Assembly: GCA_017453245.1 (NCBI GenBank)
Contig: JAFTKM010000020.1
Span: 877-64,876 of the forward strand
Direction: 5' to 3'
DNA length: 64,000 nucleotides
Source of the DNA: Clostridia bacterium
GTDB lineage: Bacteria > Bacillota > Clostridia > Oscillospirales > CAG-272
The notes below the pieces were generated by a model. That model had not been told where the DNA came from. It did not search any database and saw only the letters and a list, made by a program, of their open reading frames with translations. Position numbers and translations under genes: made by a program. Of this stretch, positions 18,078 through 26,213 are shown piece after piece. The first letter of the stretch is position 1. Each line of letters starts with the position of its first letter.

Positions 18078-18191
18078 AAGCTCACACGCCTATGGGGTAA
18101 ACACAGCAATACTAGCCTTACTTAAGGCGTGTAGGGGGTAAGCCTGCATTGGCAAAACGCCAAAAATAGATAAAAATCAAAGGAAAACAGT

Positions 18192-19415
18192 ATGAAAAAG
18201 AATAAGAAGACCAATAGGGCATTATCAAGCTCCGAGAGGTCTAAAAAGGTATTCTTGATATTCACCGCCGCCTTCCTTGGATGCATACTGCTTGTAGGTA
18301 TCATCTTCGGCGCGATAGGCATTGCGAAAAACGCGGGTGCGGTTATGAAATATAAAAGCGTGTATCTTAACGACGGAGCGGCAAGCTACCTTGCCACCTC
18401 GTATAAGTACGATTTTATGAAGGCGCTGAGAAGAAGCGGTATAGATTGCTATGACTCGGAATTCTTCTGGGAGCGCGAGGCAGAGGAGGGGAAAACCTAC
18501 GGTGATCTGCTTGTCGAGGGCACCGAGAAATATCTCTGCCGCGTTATCGTCGGAAGCTACCTCTTTGATAGAAATACGCGTCTTACAAAGGATGATAAGG
18601 CGGTTATAGAGAAGGCTGTCGACGAGGTGCTTGAATACAGAGCGGGCGGTGACACAGATACCTTCAACGAGATGGCGAAGGAGATGGGCTTCACCTACCG
18701 CGACTTCAAGAGGGCGGCTGAAATGCTCTATAAGTACGAGATGGCAGAGTCGGTTATCTTCGGCTATGACGGCGCATCTCTTGAGTCGGGCGAATTCTCT
18801 CTCGAATGCGAGGCATACTTTGAGAGCGCATACTCAAGGGTAAAGCTGATGTTTATCCGCACCGAGGGTGAGTATGCCACCGACCCCGAGACGGGCGAGC
18901 AGGTATATTCCGAGTTTGACGATGCCACAAAGGCTAAGATACAGGAAAAGATCGAGTATATACGCACTCTGATTTATAACACCGAGAATGATCTTGCCGC
19001 AGAGGGAATGAATGAGGAAGCCTTTGATCAGTTTGTGAAAAACGATTATCCTACCGGTAGCATAAACGATACCGAGGGCTACTACTTCTCGGCCGACTCA
19101 TCCTACACCCAGGAGTTTGCCGTAGATGCCCCCGAGGTGGTAAGGCTTGCGCTCTCCACGGAGGTCGGTCACTATGCCGAGTGCGAGGTGGATATAGGCG
19201 TTTGCTTTATCTATAAGTGTGAGCTCGAGGCGGGCGCGTATGGACGTATAGGCCTTGCGCACTTCTTCGGTGACTTCTACGAGAATGCGTCAAGCTACGT
19301 TTATTCCGTATCGCTTGATACCTATCTTGATGACGTGACGGTGAAGGATAAGTACAATGCATATGCGATAGTATCTAAGCCGTACAATCAGGAGCTGACT
19401 GTGAAATTCGGCTAA
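18192..19415 (+). CDS. hypothetical N-terminally membrane-anchored extracytoplasmic protein
   Basis: AAAGGAAA RBS, a single N-terminal TM (VFLIFTAAFLGCILLVGIIFGAIGI) and coding-like codon usage. No recognisable catalytic motif. Confidence 0.6.
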   Translation: MKKNKKTNRALSSSERSKKVFLIFTAAFLGCILLVGIIFGAIGIAKNAGAVMKYKSVYLNDGAASYLATSYKYDFMKALRRSGIDCYDSEFFWEREAEEGKTYGDLLVEGTEKYLCRVIVGSYLFDRNTRLTKDDKAVIEKAVDEVLEYRAGGDTDTFNEMAKEMGFTYRDFKRAAEMLYKYEMAESVIFGYDGASLESGEFSLECEAYFESAYSRVKLMFIRTEGEYATDPETGEQVYSEFDDATKAKIQEKIEYIRTLIYNTENDLAAEGMNEEAFDQFVKNDYPTGSINDTEGYYFSADSSYTQEFAVDAPEVVRLALSTEVGHYAECEVDIGVCFIYKCELEAGAYGRIGLAHFFGDFYENASSYVYSVSLDTYLDDVTVKDKYNAYAIVSKPYNQELTVKFG

Positions 19416-19430
19416 TATGTAAATAATAAT

Positions 19431-19473
19431 GGGCAAATCCGTGCTGAAATGCGGACTTGCCCGTTTTTGTTTG
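19431..19473 (+). terminator. rho-independent terminator
   Basis: GGGCAAATCCG ... CGGACTTGCCC followed by GTTTTTGTTT. Confidence 0.75.
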
Positions 19474-19506
19474 GCTTATATGTGTAGTGGAGAGCTTTGC
19501 GAATTT

Positions 19507-19541
19507 AATGAATAATGAATGATGAATAGTGAATAATGAAT
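19507..19541. repeat. five tandem heptads RRTGAAT
   Basis: AATGAAT AATGAAT GATGAAT AGTGAAT AATGAAT read directly. Confidence 0.8.
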
Positions 19542-19567
19542 AATTTGTGGAAAGGAGCGATAAGGGG

Positions 19568-19596
19568 TTGACAAATACCCCTAGGGGGTATATAAT
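19568..19596 (+). promoter_or_regulatory. csoR-copA promoter with an embedded CsoR-type operator
   Basis: TTGACA 19568-19573, 17-nt spacer, TATAAT 19591-19596. The near-palindrome ATACCCCTAGGGGGTAT (19575-19591) fills the spacer. Confidence 0.7.
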
Positions 19597-19627
19597 ATAA
19601 GAGTAAAATCTTATTTATGGAGAAAAT

Positions 19628-19945
19628 ATGGAAAAGAATATGAATACCGCTTCTTGTCCTATGTGCCACGCGAATAAGTGCCGTGCGGATGAGGAGAGAA
19701 AGACGCTTATCAACAGACTCCGCCGCATTGAAGGGCAGGTCAGGGGAATAGAGGGAATGATAGAGCGCGATGCCTACTGCGTTGACGTGCTCACTCAGGT
19801 GCAGGCAATATCGTCCGCTCTTACCTCTTTTTCAAAGGCTCTCCTTGAGAGTCACGTAAAGACCTGCGTCAAGGATGACGTGCTGGAGGGAAAGGATGAG
19901 GTGCTCGACGAGCTCGTCGACGTCATCTCGAGGTTTATGAAATGA
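19628..19945 (+). CDS. csoR: CsoR-family metal-sensing transcriptional repressor
   Basis: RLRRIEGQVRGIEGMIERDAYCVDVLTQVQAISSAL, with the Cys/His ligand pattern of the DUF156/CsoR family. Confidence 0.88.
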   Translation: MEKNMNTASCPMCHANKCRADEERKTLINRLRRIEGQVRGIEGMIERDAYCVDVLTQVQAISSALTSFSKALLESHVKTCVKDDVLEGKDEVLDELVDVISRFMK

Positions 19946-22452
19946 TGGGAAAATATAAGGTTACGGGTATGAGCTGTGCCGCTTGCTCTGCGAGGGTTGA
20001 GAAGGCGGTCAGGGGCGTGCAGGGAGTAAAGAGCTGCTCGGTCAACCTCCTGACAGGTGATATGTCTGTCGAGGGCGAAGCCTCGCGCGAGGCGGTGATC
20101 GGCGCTGTCACGGCGGCAGGCTATGGCGCTACGTCAGAGAGCGCAGGCGAGTCTCCCAAGATGGAGAAGGAGTCTGACACCGCCACACGTGCGCTTCTTG
20201 TAAGACTGTTTTCTTCGCTCGGACTTGTGCTTATCCTGATGTACTTCTCGATGGGACATATGATCGGACTTCCGAGCCCATTCGGACACAACGCTATGGC
20301 AAACGGACTTATCCAGATGCTTATCGCGGCGGTGGTTATGGTTATCAATCAGCGCTTCTTCATAAGCGGCTTTAAGGGGCTTATTCACAGAGCTCCGAAT
20401 ATGGATACGCTCGTATCCCTCGGCTCGCTTGCATCGTTTGGCTACAGCTTCGCTATGCTTATCGCGATGAGCTACGATATGCTCGCAGGAGGCGACGGCA
20501 GTAAGTATCTTCACGAGCTCTACTTTGAGTCCGCGGCGATGATACTCGCGCTCATCACCCTCGGCAAGATGCTCGAGTCACGCGCCAAGGGAAAGACCAC
20601 CGACGCCCTGAAGGGGCTTATCAGTCTCAAGGGAAAATATGCGACTCTCCTCGTCGATGGCGCGGAGAAGGTCGTCTCGGTCGATGACGTAAAGGTCGGC
20701 GACGTATTCATCGTCCGCCCCGGCGAGAGTATACCCACCGACGGTGAGATCATCTCGGGCTCCTCCGCTATCGATGAGTCTATGCTCACGGGCGAGAGCA
20801 TACCCCGTGACGTTTTACCCTGCGATTCGGTATATGGCGGAAGCATAAACAAATCCGGCTTTATCACGGTCCGCGCCACCAAGGTAGGCGAGGGCACCGT
20901 GCTCGCAAATATAATCAAAATGGTCAAGGATGCCTCGAGCTCCAAGGCACCTATCGCAAAGCTCGCGGATAAGGTCTCCGCGGTATTTGTGCCGACGGTT
21001 ATGGCTATCTCGCTCGTTACTCTCATCGGCTGGCTTATAGCTAAGGCTGACTTCGGCTACGCGATAGCACGCGCCATCTCCGTCCTCGTTATCAGCTGTC
21101 CCTGCGCCCTCGGTCTTGCCACCCCCGTGGCTATTATGGTCGGCTCGGGTGTCGGCGCGCGCCGCGGCGTGCTCTTCAAGACCGCCGCAGCTCTTGAGGA
21201 GGCGGGCAGGGTAAGGACGGTCGTCCTTGATAAGACGGGCACACTCACCCTCGGTGAGCCGCGTGTTACCGACGTTATCCCCGCTTCGGGAGTAACCGAG
21301 GCGGAGCTTCTCTCTGTCGCTCTCTCGCTTGAGAAAAAGAGCGAGCATCCCTTAGCTCGCGCGGTAGTCTCTTACGCCGAGAAAAGGGGCACAGAGGCTC
21401 CCGAGCTTTCCGACTTCAAATCCGAGACGGGTAGGGGCGTGTTAGGAAAAATAGATGAAAAAGAGGCGCGTGGCCTCAGCTTTACCGCCGCAGATGAGCT
21501 CTGCGAGGGTATACCCACAGCCCTTGGCGAGAAGCTCTCGGGCGAGGGCAAGACACCTCTTGCCTTTATACTTGACGGAAAATATATTGGCGCGATAGCG
21601 CTCTCTGATACGCTTAAGGCAGACGCTAGCGAGAGTGTAGAACACCTTAAGGATATGGGCATCCGCGTGGTGATGCTCTCGGGTGACAACGACCGCACCG
21701 CAAGGGCGGTAGCCTCCGTAGCGGGTATAGACGAGGTTATCGCGGGAGTCCTTCCCGACGGCAAGGAGGCGGTCATCCGCAAGCTCTCGGAGGAGGGCAA
21801 GGTATGTATGGTCGGCGACGGCATCAACGACGCACCCGCCCTGACTCGCGCCGACGTCGGTATGGCAATAGGCCGCGGCACGGATATAGCGATAGATTCC
21901 GCAGACGTCGTACTTATGGGCAAGGGCACTCTTGAGGTAGCATACGCTATCGGCATAGGCAGAGCAACGCTCAGCAATATCAGACAGAATCTCTTCTGGG
22001 CGTTTGCCTACAACTGCATCGGCATACCCCTCGCGGCAGGTCTTTTCGGCCTTTCCTTAAGTCCCATGATAGGCGCGGCAATGATGAGTCTATCCAGCTT
22101 CTCGGTCGTGACTAACGCCTTGAGGCTCAATCTCTGGAAGCCAAAGAAACTGACCGTTACCCCCATACCGTGTGAAGAAAACGGGGATAATTCCGTAGAA
22201 ACGAGCGTAAATACAACAGAAGAAAATACAGAAAACAAGGAGAATAATGAAATGAACGTGACGATAAAGGTAGAAGGAATGATGTGCCCCCACTGTGAGG
22301 CGAGAGTAAAGAAGGCTTGCGAGGCTATCGCGGGCGTCGTATCTGCAACCCCCAGCCACGAGAAGGGCACAGTTGAGCTTGTACTCACCGCAGACGTTAC
22401 CGCCGAGTGCAAGTCTGCGATAACCGATGCAGGCTATGACGTTGTAGAATAA
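19942..22452 (+). CDS. copA: copper-translocating P1B-type ATPase with N-terminal and C-terminal HMA domains
   Basis: N-terminal GMSCAACSARVE, CPC motif SCPCALGLATP, DKTGTLT, GDGINDAPAL, and a C-terminal CopZ-like MMCPHCEARVKKA domain. Confidence 0.92.
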   Translation: MMGKYKVTGMSCAACSARVEKAVRGVQGVKSCSVNLLTGDMSVEGEASREAVIGAVTAAGYGATSESAGESPKMEKESDTATRALLVRLFSSLGLVLILMYFSMGHMIGLPSPFGHNAMANGLIQMLIAAVVMVINQRFFISGFKGLIHRAPNMDTLVSLGSLASFGYSFAMLIAMSYDMLAGGDGSKYLHELYFESAAMILALITLGKMLESRAKGKTTDALKGLISLKGKYATLLVDGAEKVVSVDDVKVGDVFIVRPGESIPTDGEIISGSSAIDESMLTGESIPRDVLPCDSVYGGSINKSGFITVRATKVGEGTVLANIIKMVKDASSSKAPIAKLADKVSAVFVPTVMAISLVTLIGWLIAKADFGYAIARAISVLVISCPCALGLATPVAIMVGSGVGARRGVLFKTAAALEEAGRVRTVVLDKTGTLTLGEPRVTDVIPASGVTEAELLSVALSLEKKSEHPLARAVVSYAEKRGTEAPELSDFKSETGRGVLGKIDEKEARGLSFTAADELCEGIPTALGEKLSGEGKTPLAFILDGKYIGAIALSDTLKADASESVEHLKDMGIRVVMLSGDNDRTARAVASVAGIDEVIAGVLPDGKEAVIRKLSEEGKVCMVGDGINDAPALTRADVGMAIGRGTDIAIDSADVVLMGKGTLEVAYAIGIGRATLSNIRQNLFWAFAYNCIGIPLAAGLFGLSLSPMIGAAMMSLSSFSVVTNALRLNLWKPKKLTVTPIPCEENGDNSVETSVNTTEENTENKENNEMNVTIKVEGMMCPHCEARVKKACEAIAGVVSATPSHEKGTVELVLTADVTAECKSAITDAGYDVVE

Positions 22453-22458
22453 ATATAC

Positions 22459-22487
22459 TTGACATTGTTCTTTACTGATGATATAAT
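22459..22487 (+). promoter_or_regulatory. sigma-A type promoter of glnA
   Basis: TTGACA 22459-22464, 17-nt spacer, TATAAT 22482-22487. Confidence 0.6.
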
Positions 22488-22516
22488 AGACAGGATAATA
22501 ATTTTTGGAGGACTTT

Positions 22517-23941
22517 ATGTCAAAAAACGTACAGGATATAATTGCTCTTATCAAAGAGCATAACGTAAAAATGGTCGACTTCAAGATGGTTGACATCAAC
22601 GGTCAGTACCGTCACGTGACCATCCCCGCGGAAAACTTCTCCGAGGAGACTATGAAGTACGGCATCGGCTTCGACGCTTCCAACTACGGCTACGCGGTTG
22701 TAGAGAAGAGCGATATGGTATTCATTCCCGATCCCGATACCGCAATGCTCGACCCCTTCTGCACCATTCCCACCCTCACTATGACGGGTAACGCGATGAT
22801 CATCGACACCCCCGAGAACAGACCTCTTCCTCAGTATCCGAGAAACATCGTTCTTGCCGCTGAGAAGTATATGCAGGACCTCGGCATCGCGGATACTATG
22901 CTCATTCTCCCCGAGTTTGAGTTCTACCTCTTCGACAACGTTGCCTGGCAGGTGAGCGGCAGTGAGATCGGCCACACCATCGACGCGAAGCAGTCCTACT
23001 GGAACAGCGCGACCGAGGGTCTCGGCGTTGTAGTTCCCAAGCAGAAGAACTACCATATCGCAAAGCCCTTTGATACCTCTTACGAGTGCCGCAGCGAGAT
23101 GGTAATGCATATGCTCGACGCAGGCATTGAGATCAACTACCATCACCCCGAGGTTGCCGCATCCGGTCAGTATGAGATCGAGCCTCAGCTCGGCAAGATG
23201 TCCACGATGGCAGACAACACCATGATGATCAAGTACATCATCCACAACACAGCACTCAAGTATGGCAAGAGCGCAACCTTTATGCCTAAGCCCGTATATG
23301 GCGAGGCGGGTAGCGGTATGCACGTGCATATGCTCCTTCTCAAGGACGGCGTGCCCGTATTCTCCGACGATAACGGCTACGCGCACCTCTCCGAGACCGC
23401 GCACTACTTTATGGGCGGACTTCTTAAGCATATTGACTCGCTCTGCGCTATCACCAACCCCTCGACCAACTCCTTCAAGCGCCTTGTACCCGGCTTTGAG
23501 GCTCCCGTTACCGTTGGCTACGCAACGTCCAACAGAAGCGCGGTAATCCGTATCCCCGCATACGCAAAGAGCCCCGACAAGCGCCGCTTCGAGCTCCGTA
23601 ACCCCGACGCTACCTGCAACCCCTACTTCTGCTACGCGGCAATCCTTATGGCAGGTCTCGACGGTATCAAGAACAAGATTGATCCCCACGCAAACGGCTG
23701 GGGACCCTACGATATGAACCTCTACCACCTCTCGGATGAGGAGAAGGCAAAGCTCAGCCACCTTCCCACAAGACTCGAGGATGCTCTCGACGCACTCGAG
23801 GCTGACCACGACTACCTCACCGCGGGCGGCGTATTCCCCGAGGAGCTTATCAAGAATCTTATCAAGACCAAGAGAGCAGAGTGCAGCGAGATGTCCAAGA
23901 TCCCTCACCCCGCAGAGTTTGATAAGTACTATAATTTGTAA
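22517..23941 (+). CDS. glnA: glutamine synthetase, type I
   Basis: GGAGG 6 nt before the ATG at 22517. GS beta-grasp and catalytic regions (FMPKPVYGEAGSGMHVHMLL, NSFKRLVPGFEAP, SNRSAVIRIP). Confidence 0.92.
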   Translation: MSKNVQDIIALIKEHNVKMVDFKMVDINGQYRHVTIPAENFSEETMKYGIGFDASNYGYAVVEKSDMVFIPDPDTAMLDPFCTIPTLTMTGNAMIIDTPENRPLPQYPRNIVLAAEKYMQDLGIADTMLILPEFEFYLFDNVAWQVSGSEIGHTIDAKQSYWNSATEGLGVVVPKQKNYHIAKPFDTSYECRSEMVMHMLDAGIEINYHHPEVAASGQYEIEPQLGKMSTMADNTMMIKYIIHNTALKYGKSATFMPKPVYGEAGSGMHVHMLLLKDGVPVFSDDNGYAHLSETAHYFMGGLLKHIDSLCAITNPSTNSFKRLVPGFEAPVTVGYATSNRSAVIRIPAYAKSPDKRRFELRNPDATCNPYFCYAAILMAGLDGIKNKIDPHANGWGPYDMNLYHLSDEEKAKLSHLPTRLEDALDALEADHDYLTAGGVFPEELIKNLIKTKRAECSEMSKIPHPAEFDKYYNL

Positions 23942-24165
23942 GCGCGTTGTTACGCGCAATGAATTGCAACAGGTTGCATTAATTGACACTCCGTGTCATG
24001 AATTGCCTATGACATGAATTGCGCTGATGCGCGTTTGAAGGTTGCAATTCAATTCATGGAGCGCTAAGCGCGAGAAATCATGACGGCTTGCCGTCAAATC
24101 ATGAAACTTTGTTTCAATTCATGGTGCTCATAGTGCAACTTCACTGTGCACAGCACAACTTCACA
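23942..24165. repeat. array of short palindromes separated by the word ATGAATTGC and its complement
   Basis: ATGAATTGC at 23959, 23998 and 24014. The complement (C)AATTCATGG is at 24051 and 24115, and AAATCATGA at 24075 and 24096. Between them lie TG...CA mini-hairpins (TGACACTCCGTGTCA, TGACGGCTTGCCGTCA, TGAAACTTTGTTTCA and others). Confidence 0.75.
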
Positions 24166-24167
24166 TA

Positions 24168-24216
24168 AAAAACACGATGAACCCTTCCGCCAAAAACGGA
24201 CGTTCACCGTGTTTTT
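24168..24216. terminator. bidirectional terminator between glnA and the anti-sigma gene
   Basis: AAAAAACACGATGAAC ... GTTCACCGTGTTTTTT, with A and T runs on both sides. Confidence 0.7.
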
Positions 24217-24222
24217 TATTAT

Positions 24223-24891
24223 TTATTCTTCAATCTTTATTCCTTCAATGATCTTCACCATCTCATCCCACTCGACGCCGGTGGCAGAGAGGGTATATAC
24301 CATCTTTTCATCGGTCCATGTGGCACTTATATCACCGTACTTTTCTGCTTTGAATACGGTAAGATCACCCACTTCTATCGTGGTGTAGTTTGAATTTTCG
24401 GTGTCAACAGCTTGGGAACCGTCAGAGAATATTCTGAATTGTAGTGTTATAATTTTCTCGCTGTTTTTCCATTCATAAAGTGCGCTTGCAATGCCTATAT
24501 TTTTTCTTGTCTCGTTATAATCCTCGGGCAGATAAGTAATCGATACGTCGGAGGGGCTATAGTTGTTTTCGTTATTATTTTCTGAAGTAAGCTCCGCATA
24601 TTTCTCAAAGAAATCTACAAAAAATCCGCCTATCTTATCTCTTGCGGCATAGGCAACCACAGCAAATAAAGAAATAATCAAGGTTGCGGCTATAAGAACG
24701 GTCAGTAATTTTCTTGCCGGCAGACTCTTTTTTTGCTCATCGATTATTTCTTTTGCCTTCTCATCGCATCTTCGATAAATTCTTTCAGATGGTACGGGAG
24801 AGGATGCTATAACCTTGTCGGTGGCTTTATTTTCTTCGGTTAAGACTAATTTGAAGGCGTCTTTTATTAGTTTTAATTCGTCCTTAGTCAT
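24223..24891 (-). CDS. DUF4367-type membrane-anchored anti-sigma factor (putative)
   Basis: Single TM (LLTVLIAATLIISLFAVVAYA). The extracytoplasmic domain has the YLPEDY...W...motif typical of DUF4367. Overlaps the stop of the upstream ECF sigma gene. Confidence 0.7.
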   Translation of the reverse strand: MTKDELKLIKDAFKLVLTEENKATDKVIASSPVPSERIYRRCDEKAKEIIDEQKKSLPARKLLTVLIAATLIISLFAVVAYAARDKIGGFFVDFFEKYAELTSENNNENNYSPSDVSITYLPEDYNETRKNIGIASALYEWKNSEKIITLQFRIFSDGSQAVDTENSNYTTIEVGDLTVFKAEKYGDISATWTDEKMVYTLSATGVEWDEMVKIIEGIKIEE

Positions 24892-25429
24892 TTTTTCTTA
24901 CCATCTCTTCCAGCATGATCCTTCCTCGTCTTACTCTTGCTCTTACGGTATTGATATTTGTATCAAGAGCTTCGGATATTTCTTTACAATTTAACTCGTG
25001 GAAGAAATATAAAGCAAGAGTATCGTGATATTCTTGGGGGAGCTTTGTTATGCAGTTAGCGATCGTCTTCATTCTATCCTCTGCCAGCACTTTGTTGGAA
25101 GGAGAGGATGTATCGGCAAGCCGAGATACTTCTACGTTATAATCGATACTAACAGTTCTTTGTATTTTTTTCAGCTCGTTGATTGACGCGTTTTTTACCA
25201 CTATGTAAATGTATGATTTTTCGCCATCCTCATCCGTTTCATCGGGGAGAGATTTGATATTCTTTGCAATTGAGAACAGCGCCGCATGAACAGCATCAAT
25301 TGCTGCATCCTCATTATCCAAGATGGTGATTGCATACCTGATCAGAGAATCTCGATATTTATAATATATTCTTTCAAATCGCGTTTTCTCGTCTTTTGTA
25401 TCGATCATAGCGAGATATAACGATAACAA
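24884..25429 (-). CDS. ECF-type RNA polymerase sigma-70 family factor
   Basis: Region 2 (FERIYYKYRDSLIRYA...DAVHAALF) and region 4 HTH (ALYFFHELNCKEISEALDTNINTVRARVRRGR). Start is either TTG 25429 or ATG 25408. Confidence 0.85.
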   Translation of the reverse strand: MLSLYLAMIDTKDEKTRFERIYYKYRDSLIRYAITILDNEDAAIDAVHAALFSIAKNIKSLPDETDEDGEKSYIYIVVKNASINELKKIQRTVSIDYNVEVSRLADTSSPSNKVLAEDRMKTIANCITKLPQEYHDTLALYFFHELNCKEISEALDTNINTVRARVRRGRIMLEEMVRKND

Positions 25430-25537
25430 TTTTTATCATCTCCATTCTTTTTGGTGATCTCATTGTATAGATTATATAGTATTTATTTATTAAAATCAAT
25501 GCTTTTGCTAAATATTAAATTTTATTAAATTTTCATT

Positions 25538-25552
25538 TTTCGGCACAATTTT
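25538..25552 (+). promoter_or_regulatory. conserved box TTTCGGCACAATTTT, copy A
   Basis: Identical 15-mer to 26083-26097, and the flanks are also similar. Lies 55 nt before the ATG at 25607. Confidence 0.5.
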
Positions 25553-25606
25553 CGACAATTTTGTTGTTACTAAATATATATAATATAAGCGAAAGGAGGT
25601 GAAAAT

Positions 25607-26017
25607 ATGAAGAAAATTTCTTTTGTCCTTGTGCTTTGTCTTCTTCTGGGCTTTGGAATGAATATCGTTGTTTCTGCTGAAGAATATGCGGTTGAACCCC
25701 GCCTCAATAATGCGAGTAATATTGATTGTTCTTTTGTTATACAGAATGATTTGGCCATTGCCTTAATATATGTTACTGGACATACCAATGTCACTTCCAA
25801 GATAACAGTGAAGGTAACGCTTGAGAAAAAAGGTTTGTTTGGCCTTTGGTGGAGTGATGTAGATGAGTGGAGTGCTTCTTCTACTAATGCTACGGAAACT
25901 TTCGAATTCACAAAGGACGTTGGCAGCGGTACATACCGTTGCACCTTTGAGGTTACCGTAGAAGGCAGCGGCGGAAGCGCAGACGTATATACCAAGGAAT
26001 TAACAGCAACAAACTAA
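25607..26017 (+). CDS. small secreted protein of unknown function
   Basis: AGGAGG RBS, Sec signal peptide MKKISFVLVLCLLLGFGMNIVVSA, and a beta-rich mature part. Confidence 0.75.
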   Translation: MKKISFVLVLCLLLGFGMNIVVSAEEYAVEPRLNNASNIDCSFVIQNDLAIALIYVTGHTNVTSKITVKVTLEKKGLFGLWWSDVDEWSASSTNATETFEFTKDVGSGTYRCTFEVTVEGSGGSADVYTKELTATN

Positions 26018-26030
26018 GAAAAAACAGCGA

Positions 26031-26058
26031 AAGCACCTTCTTCGGAGGGTGCTTTTGT
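26031..26058 (+). terminator. rho-independent terminator (weak T run)
   Basis: AGCACCTTC-TTCG-GAGGGTGCT followed by TTTGTT. Confidence 0.55.
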
Positions 26059-26082
26059 TAACTTTCTGTAAACATAATGCTC

Positions 26083-26101
26083 TTTCGGCACAATTTTTGC
26101 T
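26083..26101 (+). promoter_or_regulatory. conserved box TTTCGGCACAATTTT, copy B, with sigma-54-like GGCAC-N5-TTGC geometry
   Basis: GG at 26087-26088 and GC at 26099-26100, 12 nt apart as in the TGGCAC-N5-TTGC consensus. Lies upstream of rhs. Confidence 0.45.
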
Positions 26102-26213
26102 ATTTTTATTGTTTTTATATATAGAAGAACTTTTACGGGAGGTATACGCCAATGCAGAATTTAGTTTGAAGTCGTCTCTTTAAGATCTAAAACCAAAATA
26201 GGAGGAAATTAAA

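Noticed and set aside
19507-19541. Fur/PerR/Zur-type box in the heptad repeats
   Set aside because: Only direct repeats of TGAAT are present. No 7-1-7 inverted repeat such as TGATAATNATTATCA is present.
22520-23989. Very long antisense ORFs opposite real genes. Examples: 489 aa opposite glnA, 438 aa opposite rhaB (41435-42751), 457 aa opposite rhaA (42796-44169), 535 aa opposite the SBP (58817-60424), 364 aa opposite the first SBP (2985-4079), 363 aa opposite the permease (35845-36936), and 351 aa opposite the lipoprotein gene (44725-45780).
   Set aside because: The sense strands have clear family signatures and RBSs. The antisense products are low-complexity (rich in V/G/L/S/R) and lack RBSs. 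Long antisense frames are expected when sense codon usage avoids TTA/CTA/TCA.
23980-24020. TnrA/GlnR boxes near glnA (TGACACTCCGTGTCA, TGTCA-N11-TGACA)
   Set aside because: The spacing does not fit the TGTNA-N7-TNACA consensus, and the sites lie downstream of glnA, not in its promoter.
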